The notes: generated by a model not told the origin, from the sequence alone. Shown: positions 9,265-19,706, numbered from the stretch's first letter. The stretch is DNA of 64,000 nucleotides from an uncultured Candidatus Rokubacteria bacterium (GCA_963805625.1 CAWDVE010000014.1:64001-128000), one strand, 5' to 3'. Made by a program: numbers and translations.

Positions 9265-10698
9265 ATGACAAAACGTCGCATCGCTCTGTTCGGTGCCCTC
9301 GCGCTCGTGCCGCTTGGTTGGCTGGGATACGGGGAGGCTCGAGCCCAGTCCGGACCCCCCACCCCGCCGAAGGTCTATGTCGGGCTTTTCAAGGACAACG
9401 CGGTCGCGGTCGTGGATCCCGCGGGCCACCGCGTTCTCGCTACGATCCCAGTGCCACCCGGGCCCCACGGCCTCGTCATCACTCCAGATGGGCGGAAGGT
9501 CTATGTCAGCAGCGACGGCGCGTCCACGGTGAGCGTTATCGACACGACCGCCGACCGGGTCATCGCGAGCGTCGACGTCGGGGCGAACCCTCACGGGCTC
9601 ACCATGTCACGCGACGGACGTGAGGTCCTCGTGTCGGGCTTCGGCACCAACCAGGCGCTGATCGTGGACACCGGCAGCGACCGCGTGGTCGGACGGGTCC
9701 CGGTGGCACAGCCCCACAACGGCGCCCTCTCCCCAGATGGCCGTACCGCGTTCATCGGCTCGCAGCAGCAGGGGGCGACCGCACTCGTGATCCTCGACCT
9801 CGTCGGCTGGAACGAGATCGGGCGGATTCCGCTCGACCGGACGCCCCGCGCTCTCGACGTGAGTCCCGACGGCAAGTGGCTCTACCTGACGCTGGCCGGC
9901 TCCGACGCTGTCCAGGTGTTCGACGCGTCCACCCGGCAGCTCGTCGGACAGGTCGCGGTGGGTGCTTCTCCACACTTCCCGCTCTTCACGCCGGACGGCG
10001 GCGCCAGCCTCGTGGTGAGCCAGGGACCGGGCGAACTCGCCGTCCTCGACCCGTCGACGAAGTCGGTGAGGGCCGTCGTCACAGTGGGCACGACGCCTCA
10101 CTGGGTGGCCGCCAGTGGCGATGGGCGCACCGCCTACGTCTCCAACGAGGGCTCGAACGACATCTCCATCGTCGATCTTGACGGCCGCACGGTCGTGGCA
10201 ACGGTCACCGTGGGCATGGCGCCGCGCAAGATCGCGGTCCAGCCCGGTTCCGCCGCGAGAGCTGGAGGCCCCGCCGCCGTCGCCGTGACGGCGGCGAAGC
10301 CGTTGAAGCTGGGCAACCTGACCTTCGCCGATCACGGGACGAAGGATGTGAGAGGTCAAGCGGACGTGGAAGTCGAGGCGGACGACTACTATTTCAGCCC
10401 CACCTTCGTGCGGGGCGTACCGGGGCAGAAGCTCAGTGTCGAGGTCGAGAACGAATCCAGCACCCTCCACAACTTCAGTGTCCCGGGTCAGGCGATCGAT
10501 AGGGACGTTCCGCCTAAGGGGACGATGAAGGTGGACGTGGTGTTCCCAGCGTCGGGCGTCGTGGGCTTCCACTGCAAGTTCCACTCTGCCCTCGGCATGA
10601 ACGGGGAGCTGCTCGCGGGCGACGCCGCTCCCCAGCGGCTGTCCCAAAGTCATCACGGGTCCGCGGGTACGGCGCGCAACGCCGTTACGGTCGACTGA
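9265..10698 (+). CDS. Secreted YVTN-type beta-propeller protein with C-terminal cupredoxin domain
   Basis: Signal peptide, repeated PHG..TPDG..YVS blades, type-1 copper ligands HNF...CKFHSALGM, AGGAGG RBS. Confidence 0.88.
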   Translation: MTKRRIALFGALALVPLGWLGYGEARAQSGPPTPPKVYVGLFKDNAVAVVDPAGHRVLATIPVPPGPHGLVITPDGRKVYVSSDGASTVSVIDTTADRVIASVDVGANPHGLTMSRDGREVLVSGFGTNQALIVDTGSDRVVGRVPVAQPHNGALSPDGRTAFIGSQQQGATALVILDLVGWNEIGRIPLDRTPRALDVSPDGKWLYLTLAGSDAVQVFDASTRQLVGQVAVGASPHFPLFTPDGGASLVVSQGPGELAVLDPSTKSVRAVVTVGTTPHWVAASGDGRTAYVSNEGSNDISIVDLDGRTVVATVTVGMAPRKIAVQPGSAARAGGPAAVAVTAAKPLKLGNLTFADHGTKDVRGQADVEVEADDYYFSPTFVRGVPGQKLSVEVENESSTLHNFSVPGQAIDRDVPPKGTMKVDVVFPASGVVGFHCKFHSALGMNGELLAGDAAPQRLSQSHHGSAGTARNAVTVD

Positions 10699-10906
10699 TG
10701 AGGCAGAGCATGCTCGCAGCACCGAGACCTCGCGTGCCTGACGGACGAGCCGGCCCGCGACGTTCAGCGGGTCTGGCCAACGACCAGGTGACCCGGCCGA
10801 TGACGAGGGCGCGTGGCTCAGGATAGGACTGGCCTTCCCGCAGGAGCTGTCGCATCTCCGTCGTCAGGGTCCTCAGGCGGTCCTTCACCCGGACCGCTTG
10901 CGCCAC

Positions 10907-11160
10907 CTAGTCAGCGGTCAGAAGAGCCCGCACCTCGCCGGCCACCTTGGCACTTTCCTGCGGCAGCCGCTCGCGCAGCCGGGTGATGCGCTGGAGCAAA
11001 GGCTGTGGATCCGCCGACTGGACGGGGCCCGCAGCAAAGAGCTTGTCGGCCACCTCGTCCTGCGCCTGCCGCAGTTGCTCGGTCAGGCTCTGGATAGCTC
11101 CACGATGGACCGAGAGGACGTCTCGCATCTTGGATTGCTGATCGGGGGTCAGATGCGCCC
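10907..11160 (-). pseudogene. Spy/CpxP-family (LTxxQ) periplasmic chaperone remnant
   Basis: LTPDQQSKMRDVL...LRQAQDEVADKLFA...VRALLTAD*. No signal peptide; fused to an unrelated N-terminus ([11 protein letters not shown], from 11323). Confidence 0.55.
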
Positions 11161-11319
11161 CTGCAGGAGGAGGGGGGTCGCCCTGTCCGCTGGATCCAGG
11201 CTTGGCTCGCCCCCCGCCTTCCGGCTGAGCGCGCGTGTGTGCCCTCGATAACAGGGGTCGCCAGGCCCTTGAGTCTTCAGGATGCTCCCTCTTGGCGGCC
11301 TGACGTTGCTTCTCGGTCG

Positions 11320-11475
11320 TCATCGCGTCGTCTCCTTCTGGACCTGGTCGGTCGAGCGGCCTCCGGATATCGCGAAGCGGGGCAGGCACAGCCAGTCCAT
11401 GGAGCCGTCCCGTCCCACGAGCGCCGCGGTCTCGCAGTCTTCGACCAGCGCATAGTCCTCGATCCGTCCTGCCAT
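11320..11475 (-). pseudogene. Glycoside hydrolase family 15 N-terminal remnant
   Basis: [34 protein letters not shown], then unrelated sequence and a stop after about 50 codons. Confidence 0.75.
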
Positions 11476-11840
11476 GATCGATTGCGGTTCGAACGCGCGC
11501 GCCCCTCAAGTGCGAAGGGCGCATCCCTCCCCGAGCATCCGCGTGCGATGCGGCGCGAATGTCCGAGGAAGGCGCATGGGCCAGGTCGCGGCCGCCGCGC
11601 CGGGAAAGCCTCATCGCCCACCACCACTCCGTGGTGACCCTTCAAGATTGAGGGAGCGAACGCCGGAGCGCATAGAAGGGGGACGTTGCGAGGTAGGCCA
11701 TCGCGGCTGATCCTGGCCGCCCTGGTACGCTGGGGGCTGCAAGCCGAGCTCGTGCCAGCTCGGACTTGCGACGAAGACGTCTCCCCGGACGAGGAACAGT
11801 TCACCTTTGCCACGGATGCCGGCAGCGTGCTCGTGACTCG

Positions 11841-12104
11841 TTACCGCGCGAAACCGAGGGCCATCGCGCGGCGGAGGACCTGGAGGTCGTAGTACATGGA
11901 CGACAGGATGAGCGGGCCCGGCAGACGGACCCCCGCGAGGTCCACGGCGAGCCTGGGGTCGTCCACGGCCAGGGCCCGGAGCGGCGTCAGCGGGAGCGTG
12001 CGGAAGAGCGCCTGACCGACGCGTACCGCGGTGGCCTCGGGGAGCCGCGAGAGGAGGCCGCCGTAGAGGACCCAGTAGAACCGTTCGGCGACGGGGAGGA
12101 GCAT
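11841..12104 (-). pseudogene. Dihydroorotate dehydrogenase-like N-terminal remnant
   Basis: LSRLPEATAV...DDPRLAVDLAGVRLPGPLIL...MALGF, followed by a frameshift/stop. Confidence 0.45.
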
Positions 12105-12178
12105 CGAGCCCGGGGAAGGATACAATGGAGGCCGCGGCGTCGCAACGACGACGCCGCGCGATGGGTGACGAGAGCGTA

Positions 12179-12706
12179 ATGGACACCCCACGGTTCGTCG
12201 CCGACGTGATGCTCGGCCGGCTTGCCCGCTGGCTCCGCGCCCTCGGCTACGACACGCTCTACTACCGCGACGCGCCCGATCGACGCCTCCTCGCGCTCGC
12301 CCTCGCCGAGCGGCGCCGGCTCCTGACACGGGATGCCGCCCTCGCCCGCCGCGCGCGGGATGCCGGGCTCCTCGTGCGCGCTGAGGGGCTGGACGCCCAG
12401 ATCGAGGAGGTCGCGCGGGGCTGCGGCCTTACCGGCGGCCGCCCCCTGTCGCGGTGCCTCGAGTGCAACGGCCTCCTCGCGCCGAGCCTGCCCGAGGCGG
12501 TGCGGGACCGCGTCCCGCCGTACACCTTCGCGACCCGGCGGGAGTTCTGGACCTGCGGCGGCTGCGGCCGGGTATTCTGGGCCGGCACGCACGTCGAGGG
12601 GATCCAGCGCCGGCTCAGCCGTATCTTGGAGACAGCTGGGGACAGCGGGCGCGACGCGCGGGGTGCCGCGGAACCGCCGCTTGACGCCCGACCATCTTGC
12701 TTCTAG
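12179..12706 (+). CDS. Mut7-C RNase (PIN-like) domain protein
   Basis: RFVADVMLGRLARWLRALGYD, LLTRD, RCLECNG...CGGCGRVFWAGTH. Confidence 0.9.
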   Translation: MDTPRFVADVMLGRLARWLRALGYDTLYYRDAPDRRLLALALAERRRLLTRDAALARRARDAGLLVRAEGLDAQIEEVARGCGLTGGRPLSRCLECNGLLAPSLPEAVRDRVPPYTFATRREFWTCGGCGRVFWAGTHVEGIQRRLSRILETAGDSGRDARGAAEPPLDARPSCF

Positions 12707-12838
12707 AGTTGCGGCCGGCGGAAGGCTCGTCTTGCTCAAGGGCGTTCCGCCACCCCACCATTTCCTTCCAATCGGGTCGAAGAGAAGTGTACGGTATTCA
12801 TCCGCCGTTGCCACGAGAGGCTCGGGATCGACCACACG

Positions 12839-13873
12839 ACGCTGATCAAGGTCTTCCCGAGCACGGTCAACCCGTCCTGGATCGCGTTCGATCCGAGCAA
12901 TCGCTTCCTGTACTCGGCGAACGAGATCAGCAACTTCAACGGCACCACGACCGGCTCGGTGTCGGCCTACGCCGTCAACGCGGCGTACGGAGACCTGACC
13001 CTCCTCAATACCGTGACCTCGGGCGGCGCCGGCCCCGCGCACCTGAGCGTGCATCCGTCGGGGCAATGGGTGTTCGTCGCCAACTACTTCGGCGGGAACG
13101 TGGCGGTGCTCCCCGTTCAAGGGGACGGGAGCTTGGCCAATCCGAGCGACGTCGTGAGCGACAACACGGCATGTACGCCCGCCTGCCCGGTGGGACCGAT
13201 TCATGCGGCCAACGCGCCGCCGGGCAGCTTCGCCATCAGCGGCCACGACGCGCCGCACGCGCACATGATCCAGACCGATCCTGCGGGGAACTTCGTGATC
13301 GCCAACGACCTGGGGCTCGATCTCACCATCGTCTGGACGCTGGACAAGGTCAACGGCACACTGACCAACCACCAGACCGTGGCGTCATCGGCGGGCGCGG
13401 GGCCACGCCACTTCGCCTTCCATCCCAACGGGATCTGGTTCTACTCGCTCAACGAAGAGGCCTCCACGATCGCCTTCATGACCTACAACGCCACGACCGG
13501 CAGGTTGACCCCCGTCCAGGAGATCTCGACCCTGCCCGACGAGTTCGTCGGCACCAACTTCACGTCGGAAGTGCTGGTCTCGCAGGACGGCAAGGTCGTC
13601 TACGCGGCCAACCGCCTCCACGACACGATCGCCAGTTTCTCGATCGACCAGACCGGCGCGCTGACGCTGGTCGGGGAGGAATGGACCCGGGGCGATTATC
13701 CGCGCAGCTTCAACATCGATCCTACCGGCCGCTTCATGTACGTCTGCAACCATCGGGGGGACAGCGTCACCGCCTATCGGGTCCATCAGGGATCGAGCAA
13801 GCTGACGTTCACCGACCAGTACACCCCGGTGGGCAGCCCCGCCGTGATCACCTTCCTCACGCTCGGAACGTAG
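12839..13873 (+). pseudogene. Lactonase family (6-phosphogluconolactonase-like), 5'-truncated
   Basis: NPSWIAFDP, PAHLSV, ANYFGG, PHAHM, GAGPRHFAFHP, YPRSFNIDP. The first blade (YVGTY) and a proper start are missing. Confidence 0.75.
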
Positions 13874-14291
13874 AGTCGTTGACCGCATATTTGAGCCGGT
13901 CAGAGCGCATGACCGTGATGATGTAGTGGCCATTGCTGTCAAAGAAGGCCACGCCTTTTGGATTGGGGCCAAACGTGTGCAACCTGCTGCCATCCGGGCG
14001 CACAATTTCATGGGACACCAGCGTCCAGGTTCCTAGGAGTTGCTCCTTGAGTGACTCTTGCTGACCGACTGCACTACCTGGGAGCTGTAATCGCAGAGAG
14101 ACTGAGAATGCTACACCGATTCATTGGCGCCTCCTTGCCTGGGACGTATCCTATTGCTGCGGATTCCATGCTTCAGCTGCCGAATAATTCGGTCCGTGCT
14201 CTCCAGGTCCTCCTTGAGCTGCTGCGGGTTGACGAAGTTCTCGGTGTAGCGGCCTTCCTGGGCACGATGCCGGCGAGCTGGGGCGCCCCCT

Positions 14292-14450
14292 CTAGATCTC
14301 CGGGTGCGCGGGGAAATACTCGGCCTGCGCCATGATCTGCCGACCTTCGCGGCTGAGCATGAAGTCGGTCAGTAGCATCGCGGCGTGCGGATGCTTGGCG
14401 CCCTTAAGCACCGCCAGCGTGCCGGCGGCGCTTGGCACCGGGTCCATGAG
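14292..14450 (-). pseudogene. C-terminal remnant of an Fe3+/AfuA-like ABC solute-binding protein, fused in-frame to an unrelated N-terminus (14515-14690)
   Basis: LAVLKGAKHPHAAMLLTDFMLSREGRQIM..AEYFPA. Confidence 0.6.
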
Positions 14451-14964
14451 CTGCGAGTGAACGGCGGTCCTAGCCACCTTTCTATTCGGGCTTGGACCCG
14501 TAGAAGATGCGGGCACGCCCCATAGGCGGGCGACGAGCCGGGGCCGGTCGGTGTAGACCGCGAGCGACGCTGCGTCGTGGTACTCGAGGCGCCCATACCG
14601 GCCCGGGATGATCGGCCAGCCCTCATCGTCGAGGCGGACGCGGAAGCGATGTGGGGCGGCGAGTGCCGCGAAGGTTGGGCGGGACGTCATGGACGCGGGG
14701 ACTCCCTCCGTTTCGTTCGTTCGGCCGTCCTTGGATGCACGGGGCCATTGGCGGGGCTTCTGGCCTTCTTCAACAAGCGCTGTCGGCGGGCCTGGATCAG
14801 GGTGGCGACCTGGGGGAGCGCGAAGCCGGCCAGCCCGAAAGGAGCTGGCCGACTCTCACACATCGCTACTCGCTCGCTGCGTTGTTACGCTGCGCCTCCA
14901 TGAACCGCTTCTCATCGGCGGGCGTCTCGCCCAGGAGCTCGGCATGGGAGGCCGAGGCGGAGGA

Positions 14965-15225
14965 TCATTCCCGACGTGAGCCGCGCGGGGCACCCGGGCG
15001 TGGTCGTCCCCCCGCTCCCGGGGCTGGACCTGTCGGGGTCGCCTTCGGCGGGGTCGTCGCCCGCTTAATCGGTGTCTTCTTGGCGCGCCGGTGGGCCGCG
15101 GCGGTAGCGTCCATGACCTTGCACCAGCACTGTAGGTGGTAGCTGCGGCCAACGCGGTCCATCAGGACCGTGCCCCCCTCCACGCCCAAGCGCTTCGAGC
15201 ACGCTGTGCACTTGTTCCGGATCAT
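14965..15225 (-). CDS. Small hypothetical protein with CxxC...HxxC motif
   Basis: MIRNKCTACSK...SYHLQCW. Confidence 0.35.
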   Translation of the reverse strand: MIRNKCTACSKRLGVEGGTVLMDRVGRSYHLQCWCKVMDATAAAHRRAKKTPIKRATTPPKATPTGPAPGAGGRPRPGAPRGSRRE

Positions 15226-15763
15226 CGCGGTGTCCGGGAAGCCGCCTCCGCGGGACATAAATCAGGGGGGTGAGCCGTGGTCCGCCGGCGGTTCACTGAA
15301 CGGTCCGGCAGCCGCGCGCGTATCATGAAGGGTCGTCGGGGCCGCGTCGATCCGCCCGCTCGAGCCGCTGCTGGCAGGCCCGATGACCGCACGGCTGCTG
15401 CCCTCGCAGCCCGCCACGAGGCACGCGCCGACACTGAGGCATGGCTGTCCACCGGATCGTCACATCCGTCGTGCCCCCTGTGAAGACTGCCGTCTGGACG
15501 GGGCAAGAAGCATGCCTGGTGAGCGGGGCTTGTGCGCGGGTCCCGACGGCTCCAGGAGATGCGCCGCAGACTCAGCAGGGTGCCGGCGCCGGGCTCGGAT
15601 CAAGTCAACGCAGCGCGGCGTTCTGGTCGGCACGCCCGTGGGCTCTGGTGGCGGTGACGCAGGGGGGCACCAGCTCGCCGAACTTTGGTCGAGGGGCCGC
15701 CCGTGGCCCGCCCGGTCACACCCAGCTCGCCAGCTCCAGAAAGCCCTGGTGGGCCGCCGGCGG

Positions 15764-15779
15764 TGGCATGTCGTTCGCA
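15764..15779 (+). promoter_or_regulatory. Possible sigma54 -24/-12 promoter
   Basis: TGGCAT-GTCGT-TCGCA (GG-N10-GC) just upstream of ATG 15795. Confidence 0.4.
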
Positions 15780-15794
15780 CAACCTTCCGACGCG

Positions 15795-16184
15795 ATGAGC
15801 ACACTGCTCCTGATCAACGCCGAGCGGGGCCCCGACTCGCCGGAACCCGGGCGGCCCGTGCCGCGGCAGGGCCCGAGCATGCGGGGCGCGCTACAGCGTG
15901 TCGGCTACGAGGTCGTGGAGGTCGGGAACGCCGCGGGCGCCTTCGCGCGCCTCGACGATCGGCCCGACCTCATCGTGGTCTCGAGCGCCGTGCCCGACAT
16001 GGATCTCGTCGCCCTCTGCACCGCGCTCCGGAAGGATCCCGTTGCCGAGAAGGTCCCGTTCGTCCTCGTCGCCGACGCGGCGGCCCAGACCGGCGGCGCC
16101 GCCACCCGCTCGGGCGCGGACCTCGTGTTCCCGGCCAGCCTGGGCGCGGTCGAGGTCGCCGACCGCCTGCGGCGGCTCTTCTAG
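15795..16184 (+). CDS. Atypical single-domain response-regulator receiver
   Basis: ALQRVGYEV...RPDLIVVSSAVPDMD..LCTALRKDP...VPFVLV...GAD. The phosphoacceptor Asp position is Ser. Confidence 0.7.
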   Translation: MSTLLLINAERGPDSPEPGRPVPRQGPSMRGALQRVGYEVVEVGNAAGAFARLDDRPDLIVVSSAVPDMDLVALCTALRKDPVAEKVPFVLVADAAAQTGGAATRSGADLVFPASLGAVEVADRLRRLF

Positions 16185-16364
16185 AATCGGGCGACCGAAC
16201 TACGCCCGCGTGGCGTCCCGGCGGCGTCGCGCCAGATGGGGGGGTCATGGGCGGGAACCCAGCGTGCGCCCCTGCGGGGGATTCGCGACGTCCCGCGTCC
16301 TCTGCGACCGCTGGCCTGCCCGCGCCGGCGGCAGGCAAGCGGGCGTGGTCGCGCCACGCCGGTT

Positions 16365-16687
16365 GAGCGCCAGCACCAACGAGCGCGAGACGGCGCCGGA
16401 TCGGATCTCGCCACACGACGCGGAGCGTCCGCAGCGCGGCATCCCACTCGGGGTCGCGGACCGACGCGCGCGGGGCACGCCCATTTAGGAGCCAGTCGAC
16501 GGAAACGCCGCCGGCTTCCGCGATCCGTGCCAGGCGCGCGCTCTTCGGCACGCGGCCATTCGCGTTCGTACTCGATCAGTGCGTTCCGGGAAATCCTCGC
16601 GTGACGAGCGAAGGCAACCTGGGAGTGCCCGCGGCGCTGGCGGCGCATGGCAATCCGGCGGCCGGCGTTGGCGGCGTCGTGAGACAC
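16365..16687 (-). pseudogene. XRE-family helix-turn-helix regulator, frameshifted near 16560
   Basis: RRIAMRRQRRGHSQVAFARHARISRNALIEYE / GRVPKSARLARIAEAGGVSVDWLLNG lie in two frames; 3' end approximate. Confidence 0.7.
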
Positions 16688-16689
16688 GG

Positions 16690-17055
16690 CTAGTCGCTGA
16701 TCTCGCCCCGCACCGTGGGGACGGCGGGCGAATCCGGCCGTACCAGTACGAAGCCGAGCGCCCACCAGGTGTCCGGCATGCGTCGGCGTCGCTCGGCCTG
16801 TCGGCGTTCAGGCATCCGCGACGCAGGCGTCTGGCGACGCTCCATCCGTCTCGCGTCGAGGAACAGGTTCTCGACCTCCGCTCGGCGGCGGTCCACACGT
16901 CGCCACTCCACGGACGCCGCGCGGTCGGGACGCCGCCGATCGCCGATCCGGCGATCCCAGATGAGCTCCACGTCGCGGCCGAACTGGGGGGCCAACGTCT
17001 GGACGAGTTGGAAGGTCTGGCCGGCAGTGCGGCTCACGACAATGAGGATCGCCAT
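16690..17055 (-). CDS. Hypothetical protein with repeated D/E-R-R motifs
   Basis: MAILIVVSR...VELIWDRRIGDRR...DRR...ERR...ERRQAERRR...GFVLV. Confidence 0.65.
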   Translation of the reverse strand: MAILIVVSRTAGQTFQLVQTLAPQFGRDVELIWDRRIGDRRRPDRAASVEWRRVDRRRAEVENLFLDARRMERRQTPASRMPERRQAERRRRMPDTWWALGFVLVRPDSPAVPTVRGEISD

Positions 17056-17195
17056 CCCGTCGATCCCGACCCTAACAGAGAGCCGACCCCTGCGCCAGAC
17101 GGGCTCCTCGATCTCTGAAGTCGCTCCGTCCGCCGTCCGCCCGCCGAGTTTTCGGCCCGCCTCCGACGTGAGGTGACGCTGGCGGTGGGCCTGAA

Positions 17196-17445
17196 TCAGG
17201 GCGGCCACCTTCGGGTTGGCCCGGAGGTGGGTCCGGAGGAGATCGGCGAGTCTGGCCCCTCTGAGGATCCTGACGTGATCTCGGTGAGCGGGGCCGGCTT
17301 ACCCTGGACTCGAATCTGGGTCCCGTCATCCACCTGCACCGTCGTTCCCAGGAGACCGAAGAGCCCGGTAGAGACCCCCACCGTCTTGCCCATCGCGTCG
17401 ACCTTGCTGACCGTTCCCTCGACCTGTCGCTCCTGGGGCATCATC
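17196..17445 (-). pseudogene. DUF5666-like OB-fold fragment
   Basis: VEGTVSKVD...TTVQVDDGTQIRVQGKPAPLTEITSGS, then degenerate. Confidence 0.4.
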
Positions 17446-17658
17446 TCAGCTGGGGATATTGGGTCGCGAACGGATACGGCGCCGCCTGGGCGCCCGACCC
17501 CGTCAGGCGGGCATGAAGCGACGACTTGCCCGCATTCGGTGGCCGAAGGTCCAACGGGCCACCGCCACCCGCCCGCTACAGATTCCGGAGCAGAGCGTTC
17601 AATTGTGTCCCCGCTGTTGAGCGGGCCCGTCCGGCTAGACGCCACGATCGCCCCGCAC

Positions 17659-18270
17659 TCATGGCGGCCGGAGCAGCCGGCGGAAGGTCAGGCTAATCCG
17701 TTCGCTCTGAAGCCCGGGCTGGCGCGGCACGCCATGCACGTAGTGACGCTGGCACGTTCCACCCATGATGAGGAGGCTCCCGTGGCCCAGGTCCAGGTCA
17801 TGCCGCTGTCGCATGTCTTTTCGGCGAGGCCGGATGACGAGCCGCCGGGACGTACCGAGCGACACAATCGCCACCACCGGATCCTCGCCGAGCTCGGGCT
17901 CGTCGTCGGCATGAAGCCCCATGCGGTCGTCGCCGCTCCGGTAGCGGTTCGCGAGGACGTGGTTGAAGGGCACTCCGGTCAGCCCGCAGGCGCGCGCGAG
18001 GAGCCCTCGGGCTGCCGGTGTGAACGGCCGCGGCTCGAGCGTCTGCCCCGAGTAGCGATAGCCGACGTCGCCGGCCCAGGCGATCAGGCGAGGCTGGAGG
18101 ATCCTCCGCCCAAAGAGCACGATCTCACGCTGCTCCCAGGGCAGCTCCTCGCGAAGGGCCGCCAAGACGGCATCGGCCTCCCGGGGTGGAAGCCACATCG
18201 GTTCGTGGTCGAGCCAGGCGCCGAATGCGAGCGACATGCGCATGTCGAATGGGCCGCCGTTCGGATACAC
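17659..18270 (-). CDS. alkB: AlkB-family 2OG-Fe(II) dioxygenase (ALKBH2/3-like)
   Basis: QPRLIAW, NRYRSGDD, HADDE (HxD), HGVP, RISLTFR. Confidence 0.9.
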   Translation of the reverse strand: MYPNGGPFDMRMSLAFGAWLDHEPMWLPPREADAVLAALREELPWEQREIVLFGRRILQPRLIAWAGDVGYRYSGQTLEPRPFTPAARGLLARACGLTGVPFNHVLANRYRSGDDRMGLHADDEPELGEDPVVAIVSLGTSRRLVIRPRRKDMRQRHDLDLGHGSLLIMGGTCQRHYVHGVPRQPGLQSERISLTFRRLLRPP

Positions 18271-18452
18271 GTGGGCAGCTCCACGCCTATCATAGGGTCA
18301 TGAACGGTTGCCTGCCCCTCGTCAGGTTCGCGCCGCTGCTCGATGACAACCCCGCGGTTCGCTCGGGCAAGAGGGTCCCGCCCTACGAGCTGGCGAGATC
18401 AGGACCGCCTTTTCGCCCTGAGGGGCCAGGTGCCACACCATCTCGGTCGGTT

Positions 18453-18475
18453 AGGTGCCAGCGCATCTCGGTCAC
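18453..18475 (+). repeat. Internal second copy of the IS end motif (left)
   Basis: AGGTGCCAGCGCATCTCGGTCAC; one mismatch to the inverted copy at 19703-19725. Confidence 0.85.
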
Positions 18476-18557
18476 GGTGATACTGGAGTAAAGCCTGTGA
18501 GCGAGGGGGAGCCATGGCGAAAAGGGGCGGCGACGAGAGGCGACGCGGCGAACGCTG

Positions 18558-19706
18558 GTGGCGAAGGTCCGGGCCGGGGCCTCTATGCGGGCGGTGGCGC
18601 GCGCCCATGGAGTGAGCCTGTCCACGGTGCAGTGGTGGCACCGCCGGGCCGGGGCGCAGGCCCTGGACGACGTGGACTGGAGCGATCAGCCACGGGTGGC
18701 CAAGCGCATCCACCGGATCCCCGAGGCGGTGGAGCAGCTGGTGATGACCTTGCGGCACGACCTGAGGACGACCAGCGATCTGGGCGAGTATGGCGCCCGG
18801 GCCATCCACCGCGCCTTCGCGGCGCGTCGGCCGGCGACGGCCGTGCCGTCCGTGCGCACCATCGGCCGGATTCTGTACCGCCGGGGGGTCCTGGATCGTG
18901 TTCGCCGGCTGCGTCGGCCCCCGCCCCGCCCCGGCTGGTACCTCCCGGGCACCCCGGGACGGGGGGAGCTCGACAGCTTCGACATTGTAGAGGGCTTGGC
19001 GCTCACCGGGGGGCTGCAGCTGGAGGTCCTGACCGTCGTGTCCTTGTATGGGGGATTGCCCGGGGCCTGGCCGCAGCCGCTCGTGACGGCGAGCACCGCG
19101 GTGGCGGCGCTCGTCGCGCACTGGCGCACATGGGGCCTGCCGGCATACGCCCAATTTGACAATGACAGCATCTTCACCGGGACGCACCGCTGGCCCGATG
19201 CGCTGGGTCGCGTCGTCCGCACGTGCCTGCGCCTGGGCGTCCGCCCGGTCTTCGCCCCACCCCAGGAAAGTGGCTTCCAAGCCGCCATCGAGAACTTCAA
19301 CGGCCGCTGGCAGGCCAAGGTCTGGACCCGATTCCATCACGAATCGCTGGCCGCCCTGCAGGAGCGCTCCGACCGGTACATCCGCGCCTACCATCAGCGG
19401 GCGGCCGCGCGGATCGAGGCCGCCCCGCCGCGCCGCCCGTTCCCCGTCGCCTGGCAGGCCGATCTGCAAGCCCGCCTGCAGGGTGAGGTCTTGTTCCTGC
19501 GACGCACTTCGGACGCGGGGACGGTGCGCCTGCTCAATCGCACCCTGGAGGTCGCGCCCCATTGGCCCCACCGCCTGGTGCGATGCGAGCTGGATCTCAC
19601 CGCCGGGATGCTCCGCTTCTACGCCCTGCGGCGTCGAGCGCCGGATCAGCAGCCTCTCTTGCGTGAGGCGCCCTATGTCTTTCCCCACAAGCCCTTCCAC
19701 GAGTGA
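18558..19706 (+). CDS. DDE (rve/integrase-core, IS481-like) transposase
   Basis: N-terminal HTH (ASMRAVARAHGVSLSTVQWW), PSVRTIGRIL, DSFDIVEG, AQFDND, FQAAIENFN. Confidence 0.85.
   Translation: MAKVRAGASMRAVARAHGVSLSTVQWWHRRAGAQALDDVDWSDQPRVAKRIHRIPEAVEQLVMTLRHDLRTTSDLGEYGARAIHRAFAARRPATAVPSVRTIGRILYRRGVLDRVRRLRRPPPRPGWYLPGTPGRGELDSFDIVEGLALTGGLQLEVLTVVSLYGGLPGAWPQPLVTASTAVAALVAHWRTWGLPAYAQFDNDSIFTGTHRWPDALGRVVRTCLRLGVRPVFAPPQESGFQAAIENFNGRWQAKVWTRFHHESLAALQERSDRYIRAYHQRAAARIEAAPPRRPFPVAWQADLQARLQGEVLFLRRTSDAGTVRLLNRTLEVAPHWPHRLVRCELDLTAGMLRFYALRRRAPDQQPLLREAPYVFPHKPFHE

Noticed and set aside
12179-12706. Toxin-antitoxin or defence system from Mut7-C, EVE and STAND proteins
   Set aside because: No antitoxin, nuclease or effector partners are adjacent; the genes are dispersed and common as stand-alones.
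18421-18475. Tandem 20-23-bp repeats resembling a mini-CRISPR
   Set aside because: They recur inverted at 19703-19775 around a transposase, so they are IS ends.
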